A stretch of 64,000 nt of DNA from an uncultured Gemmatimonadales bacterium. Its GTDB lineage: Bacteria > Gemmatimonadota > Gemmatimonadetes > Gemmatimonadales > Gemmatimonadaceae. The number at the start of each line of letters is the position of its first letter. The first letter of the stretch is position 1. Below the pieces are notes generated by a model. It saw only the letters and a program-made list of their open reading frames with translations, did not search any database and was not told where the DNA came from. Below are positions 59,389 to 64,000 of the stretch, piece after piece. Location: contig CAWKNZ010000008.1 of the NCBI GenBank assembly GCA_963851265.1, positions 32,001 through 96,000 of the forward strand, given 5' to 3'. The position numbers were made by a program, and so were the translations under genes.

Positions 59389-60275
59389 GGCGCCGGCACG
59401 CGCGCGCACTGGGGCTCGCGCTGATATTGGTCGCCACGGCGGCCAAGGCGCGGACTGGCGCGCCGGGCGAGATCTGGTCCGGGACGAGCGCCGGGTTCGA
59501 CCTACGCTGGGCCGAGAACGACATCACCGTTCGACGCAGCGGTCGCCGTGTGTTCTCGGCTCGCGACTGGGCGGGCGCCGAACTCGCCCACTTCGTCGCG
59601 GCGAATGCCACCGACGAGAAGGGGCGACCGCCCGACTGCACCTACCGGCAGGCCGTTCGCATCGTCTCGCTGGTCGGGGCGATGATGAGCCTCGAAGACA
59701 GCGTCACGATCACCTGCCGAAGGGAGGCGCATCCTGCGGGTCTGACGCGCCTGATCACCGTCGACCTGTCCGCCGCGGGACCGCTCGCTGACGCGGGGCG
59801 CGACGCGATCGGGCGCGTCGACCCGCGCCGGCCGGGGCGTGCGATGCTCCTTACCGGCATATTCCCCGCGGCGGACGTTATGTCCGCCCTGGCCGGTACT
59901 ACGCCACTCCGCGACGTGCTGCGCCGTAAGGGGATTCGGCCGCGGACGCTTCCGGAGTTCGTGGGTACCGTCACCGACGCGAGCGGTGAGGGGGACGCGT
60001 GTTTCGTAGTACCGCCCGACCTGCTCGCCTCGTTCGCGTTCGACAGAATCGAGGGTGACCGCGTAGTGGTCCGCCTCGGTTTGCCCGGTGACGGGCCGTG
60101 CCGGAGCAACCTGACGACGGCGGATCTGACCTTTGCTCTACCTGCGTCGTTGGCGCCAGCGGTGCGCAGAGCAGGCACCGGGGAGGCCGGGTTTCTCGCG
60201 GACCGGGGGCGTCGCATCGCGGCCGGACGGGTCACCACGATCGACCTGCGTTCGGGTCGGGGCGGCGGGCCCTAG
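59385..60275 (+). CDS. signal-peptide protein, candidate periplasmic immunity protein
   Basis: ATGA overlap with the GH19-like gene; MRRRHARALGLALILVATAAKA signal peptide; four Cys. Confidence 0.65.
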   Translation: MRRRHARALGLALILVATAAKARTGAPGEIWSGTSAGFDLRWAENDITVRRSGRRVFSARDWAGAELAHFVAANATDEKGRPPDCTYRQAVRIVSLVGAMMSLEDSVTITCRREAHPAGLTRLITVDLSAAGPLADAGRDAIGRVDPRRPGRAMLLTGIFPAADVMSALAGTTPLRDVLRRKGIRPRTLPEFVGTVTDASGEGDACFVVPPDLLASFAFDRIEGDRVVVRLGLPGDGPCRSNLTTADLTFALPASLAPAVRRAGTGEAGFLADRGRRIAAGRVTTIDLRSGRGGGP

Positions 60276-60286
60276 CCCGTCGCCCT
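60260..60286. terminator. GC hairpin at the end of the effector island, between convergent genes
   Basis: GGGCGGCGGGC-CCTA-GCCCGTCGCCC stem with one G-U pair; no clear U-tract. Confidence 0.35.
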
Positions 60287-60338
60287 CGGTCGAACACTCA
60301 CCTTCGTTTCGTCCGGGGCCACGTGTCTGAAGCCGGCT

Positions 60339-61439
60339 TCACACCGCCAAGGCGCCCGCGATCACGAGTCCCGTGCACTGCACGAGGCAGTACCCCGGCG
60401 GCGCACACACCCCGCGCTCCACCGCCGGACCGAACGCCGTGCCTAAAGATCCAGCCACCGGCCACGTCGCCGCCGGTACGTTCGACACGTCCACCGCCCC
60501 CTGCCGCGACCGCTCCACCTCCGCCGCGCCCACGTACCCCACCCGCCGCCCGGGCTCCAGGAAGCGCGCCCACGTCTCGGGATACCAGTAGCGATCCGCC
60601 CGCCCCATCCGCCCCGTCAGCTCCGCCCACCGCGCGCGCGTCTCGGCGCTCATCCCGCGCACCGCCACGTCGTCGGGCAGGAGCGTCGGCCCGACAAACC
60701 AGCGCTCGCGCGGCGCGACGAGCGGCCACGCGCCGCCTGCCCGAGCGCCGCCGAACGCTGCGGCTGCCGTCGCGTCGATCGCCACCGCCGACGGCACGCC
60801 CCCGTCCGCACCCGCGAGCACCGTTAGGCAGTACGGCACCTCCGCCGCGAACCGCGGACGCCCGTACGACCCGCCCTCGCGCGCCCCGCCCGTCCCGCCT
60901 CCCCCGGCCGCCGAGACCCGCAGCGGACCCTCGTACAGCGCGACCGCGACGCGCCCCGCCCGCCCGACGGGGAACGTCCCCGCCGCGTCGTGCGCGGCGA
61001 GCCACCCGTGCGCGAGCGTCGCCTCGTACGCCGCGCGCCCGTCCGCCGGCCACGCCGCCGTCGCGCCCCGCGGCGCGGCCGGCCACGGCGCCGCCGGCAG
61101 TCCCACGAACGCCGCGCGCACGAGCCCGCGCACGAGCGCCACGTCCTCGCGCGCGAGCGTGGCCGCGGGCGCGTGGGTCGCCACGGTCAGCCGGCCCGTG
61201 AGCGCGCTCACGAGCCGCACGAGCGCGGCCGGCGCCGGGAGCTCGGGCGAGAGCGCGTGCCGGGCGTACGACTCCGCGACGAACGCCGGCAGCCGGTACG
61301 TGCGCCGCGCGAAGCGCGTCGCCTGCGCGAGGGCCCTCCGGTGGTCCCCGGCGTCGCCGGCGAGCCACTCGGTGTGCGCGACGCGCCGCCACGCGGGCGC
61401 GAGCGGGCCGGGGGCGGGCGAAACAGCGGGGTCGGCCAT
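60339..61439 (-). CDS. hypothetical protein divergent from tssB
   Basis: Long ORF with GC-rich codon usage; no recognised motif. Start uncertain. Confidence 0.55.
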   Translation of the reverse strand: MADPAVSPAPGPLAPAWRRVAHTEWLAGDAGDHRRALAQATRFARRTYRLPAFVAESYARHALSPELPAPAALVRLVSALTGRLTVATHAPAATLAREDVALVRGLVRAAFVGLPAAPWPAAPRGATAAWPADGRAAYEATLAHGWLAAHDAAGTFPVGRAGRVAVALYEGPLRVSAAGGGGTGGAREGGSYGRPRFAAEVPYCLTVLAGADGGVPSAVAIDATAAAAFGGARAGGAWPLVAPRERWFVGPTLLPDDVAVRGMSAETRARWAELTGRMGRADRYWYPETWARFLEPGRRVGYVGAAEVERSRQGAVDVSNVPAATWPVAGSLGTAFGPAVERGVCAPPGYCLVQCTGLVIAGALAV

Positions 61440-61579
61440 GATACGCCGGAGTGGTGCCAGAACCGCGCCCCGCCGCGCCGCGGTGATCGGATCGGGCGCG
61501 GCTTTCGGTACCCACCCGTGCACTCCCACGCACGCCACCGCAGGCCGCGCCGCGGCCGCCCACCCGCCGGAGTCGTCGC

Positions 61580-62131
61580 ATGCCCCCCAGTACGCAGCAA
61601 CAGCTCGGACGCGTCCGCCCGCCCCGCGTCCAGATCACCTACGAAGTCGAGACCGGCGGCGCGATCGAGATGAAGGAGCTTCCCTTCCTCATGGGAGTGC
61701 TCGGCGACTTCACCGGGCACGCCACCGAGCCGCTCCCGCGGCTCAAGGAGCGCAAGTTCGTCGAGGTCACGCCCGACAACTTCGACGACGTGCTGGCGAG
61801 CATGAAGCCGCACCTCGCCCTCACGGTCGAGAACAAGTTGAGCGAGAACTCGGACGCGCCGAGGCTGGCCGTCGACCTCACGTTCCGCTCGATGGACGAC
61901 TTCGCGCCGGACGCGGTGGCGCGGCAGGTCAAGCCGCTCCGCGAACTGCTCGAGCTGCGCACGCAGCTCGCCGACCTGCGCGGCACGCTCCAGACCAACG
62001 AGAAGCTCGACGAGGTGCTCCAGAGCACGCTCGGCGACCAGGACAAGATGGCGCGGCTCCGCGGCGAGCTCGGCCTGGGCGACGCGCCGGCCGGCGGCGC
62101 GCCTAACGGTGGGGGGCCGGCCGATGGCTGA
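61580..62131 (+). CDS. tssB: type VI secretion contractile sheath small subunit
   Basis: RVRPPRVQITYEVETGGA, ELPFLMGVLGDF, FRSMDDFAPD. Confidence 0.96.
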   Translation: MPPSTQQQLGRVRPPRVQITYEVETGGAIEMKELPFLMGVLGDFTGHATEPLPRLKERKFVEVTPDNFDDVLASMKPHLALTVENKLSENSDAPRLAVDLTFRSMDDFAPDAVARQVKPLRELLELRTQLADLRGTLQTNEKLDEVLQSTLGDQDKMARLRGELGLGDAPAGGAPNGGGPADG

Positions 62132-63608
62132 GACGCAGACCTCCCCCGCGGCCGGCGCCGCCTACACCGCCGAGCCGACCGGCTCGCTCCTCGACCAGAT
62201 CGTCGACCAGGGGCGCGTCGGGCGCGACGCCGAGGCCAAGGCGCGCGGCCGCGACCTCGTGAAGCAGTTCGTCGCGCAGGTGCTCGAGGGGTCGATGACC
62301 GTCGCCCGCGACACCGAGGCGATGATCAACGCCAGGATCGCGCAGATCGACCACCTGCTCTCGCTGCAGCTGACCGAGATCCTGCACCACCCCGAGTACC
62401 AGCGGCTCGAGGCGAGCTGGCGCGGGCTCCGGTACCTCATGGCGCAGAGCGAGACGGGCAGCTCGCTCAAGGTCAAGGTGCTCAACGTCTCGAAGAAGGA
62501 CCTGCTCCGGGACCTGCAGCGCGCGCCCGAGTTCGACCAGAGCGCGCTGTTCAAGAAGGTCTACGAGGAGGAGTACGGCGTCTTCGGCGGCACGCCCTTC
62601 GGCGCGCTCGTCGGGGACTACTACTTCGACAAGAGCGGGCAGGACCTGGAGCTTCTCGAGAAGGTCTCGAACGTGGCGGCGGCGGCGCACGCGCCGTTCT
62701 TCAGCGGCGTCGACGCATCGATGTTCAACCTCGAGAGCTTCACCGAGCTCGACCAGCCGCGCGACCTCGCGAAGATCTTCGACAACACCGAGTACGCGAA
62801 GTGGAAGACCTTCCGCGGCACCGAGGACGCGCGCTACGTCGCGCTCGGCGCGCCCCGGATCCTCCTGCGCGAGCCTTACGGCTCCCAGACCGTGCCCGTC
62901 GAGGCGTTCAACTACGAGGAGCGCGTCGACGGCACCGACCACTCGGCCTACCTGTGGGGCAACTCGGCGTGGGCACTGGCCGCCAACGTCAACAAGGCGT
63001 TCGCGCTGTACGGCTGGTGCGCGGCGATCCGCGGCGTCGAGAGCGGCGGGATGGTCGAGGGGCTGCCCGTGCACACCTTCCGCACCGAGGCGGGCGAGCT
63101 GGCGATGAAGTGCCCCACCGAGGTGCAGATCACCGACCGGCGCGAGAAGGAGCTGGCCGACCTCGGGTTCGCCGCGCTCGTGCACCAGAAGGGGACGGCC
63201 AACGCGGCGTACTTCTCGGTGCAGAGTGCACAAAAGCCCAAGGCGTACGACACCCCGAGCGCGACGGCGAGCGCGCGCATGTCAGCGCAGCTCCCATACA
63301 TCATGGCGACGTCGCGCTTCGCGCACTACCTGAAGGCGATGATGCGCGACAAGATCGGCGGCTTCATGACGCGCGGCGAGGCCGACGCGTTCCTCAACCG
63401 CTGGATCCAGAGCTACGTCGCGCCGCTCAACGCGTCGGCGTCGACCAAGGCGAGCAAGCCGCTCGCGGAGGCGCGGGTCGACGTGGTCGAGGTGCCCGGC
63501 AAGCCGGGGGCCTACCGCGCCGTCGCCTTCCTGCGCCCGCACTTCCAGCTCGAAGAGCTGAGCGTCGCGATGCGGCTCGTCGCCGACCTCCCGGCGCCAG
63601 CCACCTAA
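62124..63608 (+). CDS. tssC: type VI secretion contractile sheath large subunit
   Basis: LEASWRGL, LFKKVYEEEYGVFGG, AAAAHAPF, WCAAIRG, KCPTE, SRFAHYLK, LRPHFQLE. Confidence 0.97.
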   Translation: MAETQTSPAAGAAYTAEPTGSLLDQIVDQGRVGRDAEAKARGRDLVKQFVAQVLEGSMTVARDTEAMINARIAQIDHLLSLQLTEILHHPEYQRLEASWRGLRYLMAQSETGSSLKVKVLNVSKKDLLRDLQRAPEFDQSALFKKVYEEEYGVFGGTPFGALVGDYYFDKSGQDLELLEKVSNVAAAAHAPFFSGVDASMFNLESFTELDQPRDLAKIFDNTEYAKWKTFRGTEDARYVALGAPRILLREPYGSQTVPVEAFNYEERVDGTDHSAYLWGNSAWALAANVNKAFALYGWCAAIRGVESGGMVEGLPVHTFRTEAGELAMKCPTEVQITDRREKELADLGFAALVHQKGTANAAYFSVQSAQKPKAYDTPSATASARMSAQLPYIMATSRFAHYLKAMMRDKIGGFMTRGEADAFLNRWIQSYVAPLNASASTKASKPLAEARVDVVEVPGKPGAYRAVAFLRPHFQLEELSVAMRLVADLPAPAT

Positions 63609-63668
63609 CGGCCACCCTGGCCGCCTCACTCCAGCAGCACCCCACCAACACCACCGGAGCACACTACC

Positions 63669-64000
63669 ATGGCGTTCGACGCATATCTGTTCCTGGACAA
63701 GATCGACGGCGAGTCGCTCTCGACGCTCGACACGAAGCCCGCCGGCCTGAGCAAGAAACCCACGGACATCTACAGCTTCAGCTTCGGGGCGTCGAACCCG
63801 ACGACCGTCGGCTCGGCGAGCGGCGGCTCGGGCGCGGGCAAGGTGTCGGTCAGCTCCTTCCACATCATGAAGAAGACCGACAACGCCAGCCCGATGCTCT
63901 TCCAGGCCTGCTGCACCGGCGACCACTACGAGAAGGCGGCGGTCGCACTCCGTAAGGCGGGCGGCAAGGACAACAAGCAGCAGATCTTCCTGCTCTACGA
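63669..64000 (+). CDS. hcp: type VI secretion tube protein Hcp (TssD), partial
   Basis: MAFDAYLFLDKIDGES...IYSFSFGASN...GAGKVSVSSFHIMKKTDNASPMLFQACCTGDHY...LRKAGG; GGAG upstream; runs off the right edge. Confidence 0.95.
   Translation, partial: MAFDAYLFLDKIDGESLSTLDTKPAGLSKKPTDIYSFSFGASNPTTVGSASGGSGAGKVSVSSFHIMKKTDNASPMLFQACCTGDHYEKAAVALRKAGGKDNKQQIFLLY

Larger units (their letters stand above)
8981..62107. repeat. dispersed octamer GCCTAACR (at least 22 exact copies, both strands)
   Basis: GCCTAAC at 8981, 9052, 9802, 10836, 13551, 13947, 14742, 20159, 25408, 28690, 36529, 52394, 58446, 62101; GTTAGGC at 10375, 11544, 18817, 24238, 26766, 27737, 33667, 60823. Confidence 0.8.

Noticed and set aside
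8981..62107. Integron attC array, suggested by GCCTAAC/GTTAGGC core sites
   Set aside because: I found no RYYYAAC...GTTRRRY pair within about 55-140 bp forming a hairpin, most copies are intragenic, and no integrase is present in the window.
1..64000. CRISPR arrays, tRNA/rRNA genes, transposases, prophage genes
   Set aside because: No regularly spaced repeats, RNA gene signatures or transposase/integrase motifs seen. The lysozyme-like and CHAP genes lack holin or phage neighbours and fit the T6SS context better.

Overview
Very GC-rich bacterial DNA (roughly 75% by eye). Gene content and style (PEP-CTERM protein, TIGR02999-like ECF sigma factor, many lipoproteins) suggest Gemmatimonadota, which is an inference. 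Left to right: an FG-GAP/ASPIC-UnbV lipoprotein (runs off the left edge); a GH20 hexosaminidase and long-form NagB; a TetR flanked by two copies of a candidate operator; a VIT1 protein and an AAA ATPase; a classical menaquinone cluster menF-D-H-B-E, with menE frameshifted at a homopolymer and a DUF3761-like gene inserted antisense; a PEP-CTERM protein and an orphan ECF sigma factor; an operon of two phosphatases flanking two imelysin-like/di-heme peroxidase paralogs, behind a Pho-box-like palindrome; assorted hydrolases, a DyP pair, a TadG-like protein and a PAS chemoreceptor. From about 45 kb there is a type VI secretion locus (tssM, tssL, two tssK, tssB, tssC, partial hcp) enclosing a lower-GC island of candidate effectors. 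The strongest novelty candidates are: (1) a dispersed non-palindromic octamer GCCTAACR, at least 22 copies, which imposes rare codons inside genes; (2) two peptidoglycan-hydrolase effectors that appear to share an unrecognised N-terminal delivery domain; (3) the phosphatase/di-heme operon; (4) a kinase-N-lobe, GEFTRLF-repeat membrane protein between the two tssK genes. All family assignments come from reading motifs by eye; no database searches were run.
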